DNA of 64,000 bases, from NCBI GenBank assembly GCA_012295275.1, contig CM022672.1, positions 15,314,001-15,378,000 on the forward strand, written 5' to 3'. The DNA comes from Chrysomallon squamiferum (taxonomy: Eukaryota > Animalia > Mollusca). The notes below the pieces were generated by a model. That model did not search any database and was not told the DNA's origin. It saw only the letters and a list, made by a program, of their open reading frames with translations. A program made the translations under genes and the position numbers. Positions 11,915 to 23,691 of this stretch are shown in pieces. How positions within the stretch are numbered: position 1 is the stretch's first letter; every line of letters begins with the position of its first letter.

Positions 11915-14900
11915 AGCATACTGTTTCCACAGAACATCAAGCACAGTTGCAAGCACTTCCTCATCCAGCACAACTTAATGAATCACATGTGCAGAATGCA
12001 CAACAAAACCTTTCAGCTGTTTATCAACACCAGTATCCTACAGATAATAAACCTCCTCCTTATCATGAGGCTGTTTTACAAACACAGCCTTATTCCTTAC
12101 GAGATCAACAAACATCTGAACCAAATGTCCAAGGATGTGTGAACCCAGAGGTTTATAACATGCACAGGCAGCCAGTGATAGTAGAACAACCGCTGCAAGA
12201 ATATCTACAACAGCAGCCATGTCCTGGTCAAACTCAGAACAGTGAACAACATTTTATTACTGATCAAGCTAAACAGTTAGAAAAAATCCAACATCACAAG
12301 TCTGTTAGTTCAAAAGACTCTCAGAGTCAGGAAAATATTTTCAAAGAGAAGGAAGAAAGTGTCACAAAGAACAATGGTAAAGTATCTAATTACAGTGTTC
12401 TTAATGAGAGACAGAAGAACAAAACAGTTGATGCTGAAAGCAGATCATCAGTTGCTAGCAAATCTTTATCTGGTGGAGGCCAGTTATCTCATATTGCATC
12501 AAAACAGCAGAATGTTTCTAGAAGTGGTGAAAATGGTGTGTTATCTCAAGATATTACACTTTTTAATGAAAACAATACTAATACTTCTACTAGTGGTAGT
12601 AAAGGAAAAGTATCTTCAGTGAATTCTTCTCATGTTCATCCTAATCTAAATCTGCCTGAATGTTCTCAAAACAAGCAGGATAATCAGACAGTTCAAATTA
12701 AACCCGATTCTGCTAAGTCCGTGCAGGTATCAAGTCCAGATAGAAAAACACCTATGAATGAAAGTGGCAGTGTTGTGGTCAGACCTGTTCTACAGGCAGG
12801 CAATTTTAGGAATGAAGTTCCAACCGTTCCAATTCTAGACTACCAGAATATGCATGGTCACTCACCAGTTACAGACACATCTGAGATCTGTTACCCACCA
12901 AGTCTTCCAGGGGGAAACACAATGGATGGTGAGAGAATATCAGAATTAAGGGAATACAACAGAAACACTAGAAGCCAGTTCACAGCTTCAAATACAGAAT
13001 CAGATGAAAATAATTTAACTGTGCCAGTGATATCCAAAGACAGAACATTGCCAGCATGTGAGGAAAAGAAGATTAATATGTCTGAGAGTGTTAATGGAAA
13101 TAGTGACAGAAGTACAAAGATAGAAGATAATGATGAATTGCAGCATCCCAATCATTTACCACATCTCAGCATTCTGTTATCTTCTGTGACAGAACAAGAT
13201 AAAAAATGTAGATCATCTTCTTTTGAGAGTTCTCATGGCAAAGAACTGAGTGATAACATTCTAGTTCAGTCCACAGAAGAAAGTTTTCAGATTGAAGGTA
13301 TAAGTGAAGTGAATGAGTATTTGAATAATTCTACTGATAATTTTAATAAAGATATTATGGAGCCATATCTTCAAATTACTACTAATAGTTCTGTTGCTGA
13401 TGATGAAAAAAGTGTCCCTTCATCATCAATTGATTTTACAGATCCTCTAAATATTCAGAAACCTGCTGTAGAAAGAGCTACAAGTAAATTAAAAGTTGCT
13501 GAAAGGTTAGAAGAAAATAAAACTGAAACACAAGCAAGAAGCTCTTCAGATGAATTCATGACCAAGACGTCCATCTCCATTACAGAACAAAAATGGTGAG
13601 AAAATGACAGTAAAGACTGAAGATACAAATGATTTCTCTGAATTCCACAAAAAAGATCAGCAACTGGCAATAAATAATAGTGCTGTGAAGATAAATGCTA
13701 CAGAGATAACAAGAACCCACTATGGTATTACAAAGGAAGCAATAAAACAAGATAAACTATCACTGCAGTCAAATTCAGCTGAATCTTTAACATCTGAAGA
13801 TGAAAGAAAAGATACTGTACCGGATGCCATAAATGAAGGCAGTGAATTGATTGAAGATGAAGGAAAAGATACTGTACCTGATAATATAAGTGAAGTCAGT
13901 ACATTGATTGAAGATGAAAGAAAAGATACTGTGCCTGATAACATACATGAAGCCACTGGACTCATTGAAGATGAAAGAAAAGATGCTGTACCTGATAACA
14001 TGCATGAAGCCAATGAATTGATTGAAGATGAAAGAAAAGATACTATGCCTGATAACATAAATGAAGGCAGTGAACTGATTGAAGATGAAGGAAAAGGTAC
14101 TGTGCCTGATAACATAAATGAAGCCACTGGATTCAGTGAAGATGAAAGGAAAGATACTGTGCCTGATACCATAAATGAAGCCTGTGCATTGATTGAAGAT
14201 GAAAGAAAAGATGCTGTGCCTGATAACATAAATGAAGCCAGTGAATTGATTGAAGATGAAGAAAAGATACTGTACCTGATAACATAAATTGATTGAAGAT
14301 GAAGAAAGAAAAGATGTACCTGATAACATGCATGAAGCCAGTGCATTGCCTGCCTGATAACATAAATGAAGCCAGTGCATTGATTGAAGATGAAAGAAAA
14401 AGATAACTGATGTCAGTACATTGATTGAAGATGAAGGAAAAGATATAACATAAGTGATGTCAGTACATTGATTGAAGATGAAGGAAAAGATACTGTGCCT
14501 GATAACATGCCTGATAACAGTACATTGATTGAATGAAAAAACATAAATGAAGCCAGTGCATTGATTGAAGATGAAAGAAAGGATACTGTGCCTGATAACA
14601 TAAATGAAGCCACTGGACTCATTGAAGATGAAAGAAAAGATACTGTGCCTGACATCATAAGTGAAGTCAGTACATTGATTGAAGATGAAAGAAAAGATAC
14701 TGTTCATGATAACGTAAATGAAGCCAATACACTGATTGAAGATGAAAGAAAAGATACTGTGCCTGATAACATACATGAAGCCAATGAATTGATTGAAGAT
14801 GAAAGAAAAGATACTATACCTGATAACATGCATGAAACCAGTGAATTGACTGAAGATAAAGGAAAAGATGCTGTACCTGAAATGACTGAAGATAAAAGAA

Positions 14901-15196
14901 AAGATACTGTGCCTGATAACATGCATGAAGCCAGTGAATTGATTGAAGATGAAAGAAAAGATACTGTGCCTGATAACATGCATGAAGCCAATGAATTGAT
15001 TGAAGATGAAAGAAAAGATACTGTACCTGATAACATGCATGAAGCCAGTGAATTGATTGAAGATAAAGGAAAAGATATTGATACACTTGGTAGATCAGCC
15101 ACCACAGTTACTGAGCAGCCATCTAGATACAGATCATTGATTAGCAGTTCAATTACCAAAAAAATAGTAAATGAAATATTTTTAAGTCTGAGATGA
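11915..15196 (+). pseudogene. MAVS-like CARD gene copy B, large exon 4 (disordered region plus acidic repeats), frameshifted as assembled
   Basis: Acceptor ttccag| at 11914 is in phase 1 and in frame with ORF 11947-13599. There is an extra C at ~13571 versus copy C and further indels at 14260-14545. ORFs 13604-14287 and 14561-15196 continue the protein. Confidence 0.75.
13796..15078 (+). repeat. Coding minisatellite, 57-bp/19-aa acidic unit, ~22 units
   Basis: Period of 57 (e.g. gattgaagat at 14941 and 14998). Translates as IEDERKDTVPDN(M/I)(H/N)EA(S/N)EL. Confidence 0.95.
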
Positions 15197-15656
15197 ACTT
15201 ATTTATTGTAGAAGGATCTGTAAAGATTTCTCAGTCAGGCTGTAAACAAATAATGAAAGAAAGAAAGAATTATTAACATTAAATATTTACTGATTTAAGA
15301 ATATTATTCTGTTTTTGTAATAGCTTTTAAAAAAGATATATATATTTTGAAGATTTTATCTATTATGTCAGTATTTCTAAACTATGATGTTAGTATTTAC
15401 AGTGATTGCATAATTACAGATGTTTATTGCTTTATAATACTGAAGATTGTACCTAATGTTTGAACATAAAATGTTACATTAATATTCACAGTGATAACAT
15501 AATTACAAATTTTTTTTAAATCTGTTTTTAAGGAATTGGAAGAGGAATGTTAATAATATTTATAAAAAGGAATGATTTACATGTGTTAACTAAAAACATC
15601 ATGGTATCTAATGTAAAGAATTTATAATGAATGGCTTTCCTAATTACTTCTTACAG

Positions 15657-15718
15657 TTGTACCTTGTGCTTTATTAAGTATACAACAGAGTACAGCTTCA
15701 AGTACAGACTTCAAGTGA
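15657..15718 (+). CDS. Putative small terminal exon of copy B
   Basis: Same acceptor and sequence as 2963-3024 and 26085-26146. Confidence 0.4.
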
Positions 15719-15776
15719 GCTGAAAAGTCTTCATTTTATCTCACCATTTTTCATTTTCTTCCATCAGCTGTGAATA

Positions 15777-15777
<1 letters not shown>

Positions 15778-15844
<67 letters not shown>

Positions 15845-15870
15845 GATAGATAGATAGATAGATAGATAAA
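15778..15870. repeat. (AAT)n(GATA)n compound microsatellite
   Basis: Directly visible. Shorter versions lie at ~3080-3125 and ~26200-26255. Confidence 0.9.
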
Positions 15871-17945
15871 TAAAAATAATCTGAAAGGAAATCATTATTT
15901 TTAATAAATATGATGGTGGAAAGATAAATGCTGGACAAAAACAAAAAAAGTTATTATTTAATTCTTTGAGGAGAGAAAAAGATTTTAAAAATTGGAAAAG
16001 AAAAGAATTATAATAGTAATAATTTCATTTATCATCATTAGCTTTTGACACTTGTCATTAGATAACTGATCTTACCATTGATGGAAAAAGAAACAGTTTT
16101 AGTAATTGTATCTAAATATTCAGAGTTTGAACTTGGAAATTTTGATGTCAAAATAACCAGAAATTCATGAAACTGTACTTAATATGGGAAATTAAAAAAC
16201 TAGTATTTTCAGCATCAGTGGATTATTACTTCATAATGTGCTGAGTGACGTTTCACTGACTTTTTTGTGCACTATCAGAAATGATTAATATTTTGTTCCA
16301 CTGTTGATTAAAAGAGTATCTGATTACCTAAATATGTTGTAAGATGATTAAAATAAATTTTCGTTTCAGAAATACTCAAAAACTGCCCTTACATAATTTA
16401 TCTTACAGTTTTCTGTATTGTTTTTTGTTTTGTTTTTTAGTTTAGTAACTTATTCATTCCAATTGAATTAACTTAAATATTTTTAATTAAATTTAAATAT
16501 TTTCTCAACACAATGTTGCCTTCTGAATTTATAATATCTTATTACAGAAATTTATTTTTTCACAGAGATGTAATATATATATTTATTTAATCATATGCCA
16601 GATATTGCATTGGCATTAAATTTATATTTATTCCTTGAAATCTTTATTTTTTTTATTATTATTTTTCAAAACCATCATTTAATTTTCATTAAACATCAAC
16701 TTGCTTTTGAAGTAACTATCATTGTAATTATGGTTATTTTTTAATTTTATGATTATTATTATTATCATTGTTTGAATATAGTTTTTATGTTATTTATAGA
16801 TTATGTCTCTAAAATGTTATATTTTCAAAACTTAATTCTAAGTATCTCAAATTATTTTTGTTTTGTTGATGTTGTTATCGTTTTCATTTCTTTACAAAGT
16901 GCTTTGTTGAAGAAATTTCCCTTTCTTGCTTTGATTTTACTGTTATATATTAATCATAACTAATTGCTGTTTATTTTATTTTCAATTAGATATTAAAATA
17001 ATTTCCAGTGATAGAACCCAGTGATTGAAAAGTTCCAGCAAAACACAATTTGTTAATCTAATCTGGTTTCTTATTAATATAATAAAACGTTTTCAATACT
17101 GGGGTTTTTTTTCTTTTTTTTTATTTTTTTTTTTTTTCATCTTTTTCTACTTTTTTTTTTTTTTTTTTTTTTATCTTCTATTTCTTTGTCATTTACGACT
17201 TCTTTTCATCTTTTTCCATTTTTTTTCTCATAATTTCTGTTTTCTTCCAGGTTTTCTACTTTTTTCTTACTTTTTAGTTTCTACTACTTTACTTTTACTT
17301 TAAGTTTCTTTATTATTATTATTATTCTTTTGATGGTAATATCACTAAACAAAAATATATCACATCTATATAACAAATTTATAACAGATCAAGTGCTTTG
17401 TTAATTAAAACAGTTATTTTGTTTTAGTCAAAGAATATAAAATACTCTTTTCCATCTGATAATGATTCTAATCTTCAAACTCGAATTCAGAGCAAATGAG
17501 AAATGATTGTGTTATTTTAAAGTGTAATATATATTCTGAATTTTCAAAAATAAATAGATGGAAAATATATCTCTTGCATTATAGTAAATCAGAAGTCTTA
17601 ATTTTTGTGTCTAACCTTTTTAAATCAAACGGATATATAATCGTACAACTTAAAAACAATTTTCATTTTCAAAACAAACTTTGCAGTAGTTAATGTAATA
17701 ATTATCATGATGCATTTACTATTGTATTTATACATTTGTATAAATCTGTATTTAGTAATCGAGAAAAACAAATAGATTATGAGAAAAGCACCAACCTCCC
17801 TGAAAAATAACTTCCTACAGAATTTTAAGTAATTTTCTCAAGATTATGTTATTCATCGTGAATTGTACCAGGACAAAAATCTTGCCTACTATGGTTGTAA
17901 AATAATAATGCATAACATTGTAATCTATATACTGGTATATATATA

Positions 17946-17977
<32 letters not shown>

Positions 17978-18285
17978 TAAACAAAACTTAATCTCAATAT
18001 ATAACACTTTGTTAAAAGTCTGCGTGTGTATCTGGGTTTAAAGTTACATGTTTATTCAAGAAAATAATTTACTTTATTACTGTAATTTTTAAATATTTAT
18101 TCATTTACTATGAATTGATTACACTAAAGCTACAGTATACAGACCTTAACCTTTCCCTCTGGATTCTCTTTATCTGTGGGTTTTATGCACATATAAAATT
18201 ATTATAAAACCGACCTTCGCTCCCTACCAGACTGTGATCACGTAATGATAAATTAAATACTCATTTACAAGCAAATAACTGTTTT

Positions 18286-18315
18286 GAAAGTGAAAGCAAA
18301 ACATAGTTTCACTTT
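18286..18315. promoter_or_regulatory. Inverted pair of ISRE/IRF-type motifs
   Basis: GAAAGTGAAAG (18286-18296) and AGTTTCACTTT (18305-18315). A homologous pair lies at 27861-27890. Only the second motif survives at 5188-5198. Confidence 0.45.
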
Positions 18316-19885
18316 TGCCTTCTTGGAAAGACAAATCGTATATTGGAACATTACCCATATAATTGTAAAGGTTGTTTACAAAGAACCATTGACTGGATAT
18401 TTGGTTTATTCATTGTGTGTGTTATTATTTTCACAGAGAAAATATAAAAGTGACTATAAGAAACATACATTGACAGACAAATTTATAATAACACTCATCC
18501 AAACACAAATACACATACAAGAACACATTTGTTAGAAAATTTCATAAAAAAGAAATTAATCGCATTTAAGGAAATCATTGCAAGTGATATAAAGATCAGT
18601 TTTCCAAATGCAATCTTCACTTTCCAGTTTTGTTCCAAGCAAACTTGACAGTAAAAAAATTCAATGATCTGTATGTGCCAAATAATGCCCAAATTTCCTT
18701 TCCAATTTTCCATATCACGTAAACAAAGATCGGAAAGTGGATTCTCAGGAACAGGTTCTCATTTCCTCTTATAATGTGTGGTAAAGATCTGCATTATCAG
18801 ATGGGCTAACAGCTTCAACATTTTGTTTAATATATAAATGTGTGAGTGTTTGTGCTGTGTCTGTGTCTGTACTATTCAATGCCGTTACAAAATGTGGCAG
18901 AATAATCCATCTAGATGGTAAGGTTCACTTACAAGGAAAATATCATTTTGAACTGTGAAAGAATAATAGCTGTACGATTATGGTCACAACTGTTAATTCT
19001 CCACTAGTTTTAGAAAAATATATATATATAAAAATAATAATAATAATAATAAATAATGAAATAATGAAACCTTTCTACCCAAAGGCTTGATAAAAAGGAA
19101 ATGAATTTATTATCATATTCTGGGCTGTGCTGGGCACTTCAACTAGTAACAAATAAAATAATAAATAGAATAAATAAAATAATAAAATAATAAATTAAAT
19201 AAATTTAAAAATAGAATAAAAAAGACAACAAATTTTGTTAACATTTACGAGATATATTAAATATCAGATTATTTTACTATCAACATTTAAAGCATGACTG
19301 TAGCAATGGTTTTAAAAAATATATTTATAAAAATAATACAGGCTTCAAAATAAGATTAAAACATTTTAAACCAAGTTTTTAACAAATGAACCTTAACGAC
19401 CACTTTTTAGCCTCACCACAGTACTGCAACAATTTTAAGTTACTTTTGTACACACATTTCAGAATAGTAAAGTAAGTTACATACAACATATTCTGGATAA
19501 TGTACGTATAAATGTGTGTGTTAGTGTAATGTTTGCAGGCATGCAGTGATATGTAATAACTGTTTTGAAGCCTGTTTTATAATAACGTAAATCACTGGGG
19601 GGCTTTAATTAATAATTTTGTATAATTAAACATAAGGTATTTTCTGAAACACTACAATACTGTTTCTTACAAAAGTTGGCTGATGATTTTAGTTTTAACT
19701 TTTTAACTAATTTGAGATAAGACCTCTACATTTCTAAAAAATAAAATAGAATAAAATAAATAAATAAATAATATAAGAAGATAAATAATAACAATAATAA
19801 TCATTCATCTCTGTGTCATAAGTTGGCTAATAATTTAAGTTTTAATTAACCTTTTAACTATTTTGAGATACGATCTCTATATTTC

Positions 19886-19918
<33 letters not shown>

Positions 19919-20554
19919 TAAATAAATTTAAAAAGTATATAATAAATAATAAAAACAATAATAATCTTTCATTTCTGTCATAAACATTATTAACCCTATT
20001 AAAAATAATAATAAATTAAAAAAAAAAAAAAAAAAAATGAAATGTCAGTAACATTAAACTTTCCTTTCAGAGTGTATTAATTTTTAGCATTAAATATAGT
20101 TTATTTCTTCTTCCTACTTTTTTTTTTTATTTTTATTTCATGGTTTATTTTATATTTTAAGTATATATTTAACTTTTCGTCTCAATCGTGCAGGATAAAG
20201 GGTTCGGTACCTGTACAATCAGAGACACTCACTAGCAAACAGATTAATTTTGGATGGAAAATATCAGTACTCTCACGCAGTAGCGTATTACTGATGTAAT
20301 GAATTTGTAACAAAATATTTAAATCATATGTGAAGTAACCTAATTGGAAAGAATAAAATATGAATCCGAAAATATTTGATTTTAATGTGATACAAGTTGT
20401 TTAATGCGTCTGCTTTCTTCCTTCATGTCTACACAGGTTTGTTTAGGTTTGCGTATGATTATTTTTGGAGACTGTGTTTAACCTAGACAGCCTACAAACC
20501 ATCTCTTTTTATTCTGTAATTAAAGGGTAGTTCATTAACTGGATTTAGTACTAC

Positions 20555-20593
<39 letters not shown>

Positions 20594-20881
20594 TAACTTT
20601 TGATTTTTATATATGTTACAGTTATAATGTTGGTGCTGGGACAACCGATTGTTAGAACGCGCAGCGCAATCTTAATATACAGGGTTTTTCGTTTTTTTTT
20701 TTCTGTTGTAAGTGATGTTTGTTTGTTTATTTTGTTCCATAAAAAATATAAATATTACACATTCTGTGTTTATAATGTTCTTTTATTCATCCTTTGCAGC
20801 GCTTCACATTAATGATTAAATTAGCCATTATTTATATTACAACCACAAAAAAAAAAAAAAAAAAAAAAAATAAGTTTAACT

Positions 20882-20970
20882 GGTTTTCGTTTGTGGCGGA
20901 ATATCATTAAGAAACGTTGTCATTAATGTACTATAAATAGTTATTTGGATTTTTATCGTTATTTCACTTA
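20882..20970 (+). promoter_or_regulatory. Putative core promoter of copy C
   Basis: GGTTTTCGTTT at 20882-20892, TATAAATA at 20932-20939, TTCACTT downstream. The leader exon ends ATGAAAAG|GTAAGT at 21063. Confidence 0.55.
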
Positions 20971-21521
20971 TTTTGGCTTTAATATTTTAAAATATTGGTG
21001 TAATTTTTAAACGATTCTATATACATCTCCTTCGACCAACGAAAATAAATATCAGATGAAAAGGTAAGTTTGTATTTATACACGAGTTTCAGTGTCAAAG
21101 TGACAGTAGTATCGACTATCGTAGTCACCGTCACAGCAGTGTAATTCATTCATTGTTTAACAAACTCGACGCTGTCACTGATTCTAAAATCAAAATCTAA
21201 CTTTCTTATAATGACAGAATAAATAAATAAAAGAAAAGTAAAAAGGTGAATTAGTTTAGGAACATCAAAGAAGAGTAGAAAATCTCAACAGAAACCGAAT
21301 TTCCAACAATACAATTAAATCACAGTATTTCATTTATCTACAACTAAATTTCCCTTATTTATTGGTAATTAGTCATATGATGTAAGATACGGCAAAAATA
21401 AATCAAACAGTACTTCTTGAATCATCTTTCAGTTTCTTTGTGTTAATTCTTTTGGTCCCAGATTTTAGCATTTGTTCGGCCTGTAATCTAATTTTATTAC
21501 TTTTTTTCTCTCTCCCTTTAG

Positions 21522-21659
21522 ATGAATCTTCTACACGAATATTTTGATGTCAGTGATGCCAAGAAGAAGCTTGTTCTTAAACATTTTCTAAAACTGTTGC
21601 AACCAGAATGTTCAAACATAATAGACAGACTGGCAGATTTTCTTAGTCCAAGAGAAATG
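21522..21659 (+). CDS. MAVS-like CARD gene copy C, exon 2
   Basis: Long polypyrimidine tract, ttag|ATG, 138 nt, phase 0: MNLLHEYFDVSDAKKKLVLKHFLKLLQPECSNIIDRLADFLSPREM. Confidence 0.88.
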
Positions 21660-22022
21660 GTTTTCTTTTTATTTATTTTTATATAATTAACTATTTTATT
21701 TTATTTAAATTTTATTTTATTAACTTTATTTTTTTTTTTTTATTTATTTATTTATTTATTTTTTTTTATTTTAAATCTTTTTTTTATTGATATTATATTT
21801 GAATGTAAAAAAATATGTTTCAATTTTTATATTTATTTTTTAGTTATTTATTATTATTTCTTTTTTATTATTATTAACTTTTTTTTTTTTTTTGAATTTG
21901 TATTTTTTTTTAATATTTTGAATCGAACTTATTATTAATGTTTAAAAAAAAATTGCCATTAATATTTAATTGACTAATTCTTTAATTTAAAAGAGAGATT
22001 GACATTAATTTGTTGTGAAATA

Positions 22023-22743
22023 CTGAGGTATCACGACTTCCAAGTTTTTCGAGTTATGAGCAGCTGCCTGGTCAATTGTTTTCTTTGAGTTGTGAGCCAA
22101 AATCCAAGTTACAAGCAAGCTTCAGATACGCCGCTGCTAGTTGGCAGAATGAACAACATTACATCCAGCCAGCATCCCACGTGTCACTCGTTTATTTCAC
22201 GTGGTTACCTCGCCACGGAAGCATCTGTGTTGTGTTGTACTCGCGTTTTGTGCAGTGCTTTGTCAAATTTCTTTTTTCTGGTCATGGATCCTAAGAAAGT
22301 GAGAGCAAAGGACAGTGCTGAGAAGAAGAAGCGGATGATGTCCTTTGAATTAAAGATTGAATTCATAGAAAAATATGAGTGAGGTGTGCATTTAGTTGAC
22401 TTGGCTAGGCAGTACAAGCATAGTACTTCTACAGTATGCACCATACTGAAGCAGAAGGAGTCAATAAAGGCTATAACTCCAGCCAGAGGAGTTAAAATAA
22501 TTTGTCTGATCTCCAAGATAAAAATACTTTAAAAAACCAATTTATTTCTTTATATTCTTTTATTTTATTTTTATTTGTCATGTATAAATACATGTTCCTT
22601 ATTATAAAAAATAAAAAAATCGGGGTGGTTTTTAGGGGGCTGAATCAGATTAATCAGTTAGGAAAATTGATTTGATATACAAGCAGATTGAGATACGAGC
22701 TCAGTCACGAAATGAATTAAACTCGTAAGTCAAGGTACCAATG
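22023..22743 (+). mobile_element. Defective Tigger/pogo-family (Tc1-mariner) DNA transposon
   Basis: TA on both sides (22021-22022, 22744-22745). Degenerate TIRs CTGAGGTATCACGACTTCCAAG and CTCGTAAGTCAAGGTACCAATG. A CENP-B-type HTH remnant runs from 22284: MDPKK...KKRMMSFELKIEFIEKYE*GVHLVDLARQY...STVCTILKQKE. Confidence 0.85.
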
Positions 22744-22988
22744 TATTCTGCAATTCAAAATAGTTAAATAAAAGGAAAGACATAACTTTGCAAAAGATAC
22801 TGAATATCAGAAATAAAAGTTCAGCAATAATAATTATTCTCATAAAAAACAAAATTACTTACTTAAATATCGTTCAAAGATAACCCAGTAATTTCTTTAT
22901 AGAACCTTTAACCTTTCTTAGGGTGGTAGATATATAGCCCTTTTGTAATAATGAAACAGTAATAAATTGATATTTCTGATTATCTTAG

Positions 22989-23139
22989 GATGAACTAAAA
23001 ACCAGAAGTGATAACCATGCCAATCAAGATGTCATGAGGTCACTGTGGCACTATGCCATGAAACGAGATTATTGGTGGATAAAAATGGAAAAAGTACTGA
23101 GAGAAGAAGGTTATCTAAAAGAAGCTGATATACTGGCAG
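22989..23139 (+). CDS. MAVS-like CARD gene copy C, exon 3
   Basis: ttag|GAT...GCAG|gtat, 151 nt, phase 0 to 1, open: DELKTRSDNHANQDVMRSLWHYAMKRDYWWIKMEKVLREEGYLKEADILA. Confidence 0.88.
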
Positions 23140-23691
23140 GTATACATCATCACATACTTCTATTATAAATGATTTGAAATAAGTTGAAAGTGAAGAGAAA
23201 TAGAACGTATATATTGATGAATCTGTATTTCTTAAATTGGTTTAGAAGAGAATGAGTTAACAATCAGTTTTGTCAATTTAATTGAAGATTAAGTTCACCT
23301 TGTTAAAGAATAAAAATGTATATATACATATATAAATGATTATTTAGAGATTTCTCTTATCAACAATGAATATGTATATGCTTGTATACATGCTATCATA
23401 CATACACACACAAACGTACATATGTACAGACTGCAGAGATGATTTCCTGGAAGAAAAAAACTGATCAATGTTCTTACGTATCAAAAGTGTTACACAAAAG
23501 ATAGTTTTAATGCATATTGCAGACAATTTTACTGAACAAATTTAGTTTCATTAATGTTGTTTTCAGAAACACATTTTTGGAAATTGGAAAATTTGAAGAA
23601 AAGTTTTCTATCCTTAAAATAGAGCTTTGTTTAAAAAATCTGATTCAATAAGTGGATATACCATGTTTATATATGAACATTTAATTTCCAG

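Larger units (their letters stand above)
7051..20057 (+). repeat. Tandem segmental duplication unit B (~13.0 kb)
   Basis: Colinear with 249-7050 and 20058-29261. The junction gtaacattaa|actttcctttca is identical at 7051 and 20058. Confidence 0.92.

Noticed and set aside
13400-13445. Alternating A=C and B=C similarity as proof of gene conversion
   Set aside because: With three sequences and no outgroup this pattern also arises from copy-specific substitutions. The clustering is suggestive only.
13720-15159. Long antisense ORFs over the acidic repeat (e.g. 13787-15040, 1635-2414)
   Set aside because: These are by-products of a 57-bp repeat with few stops on the reverse strand. The sense frame is continuous with the gene.
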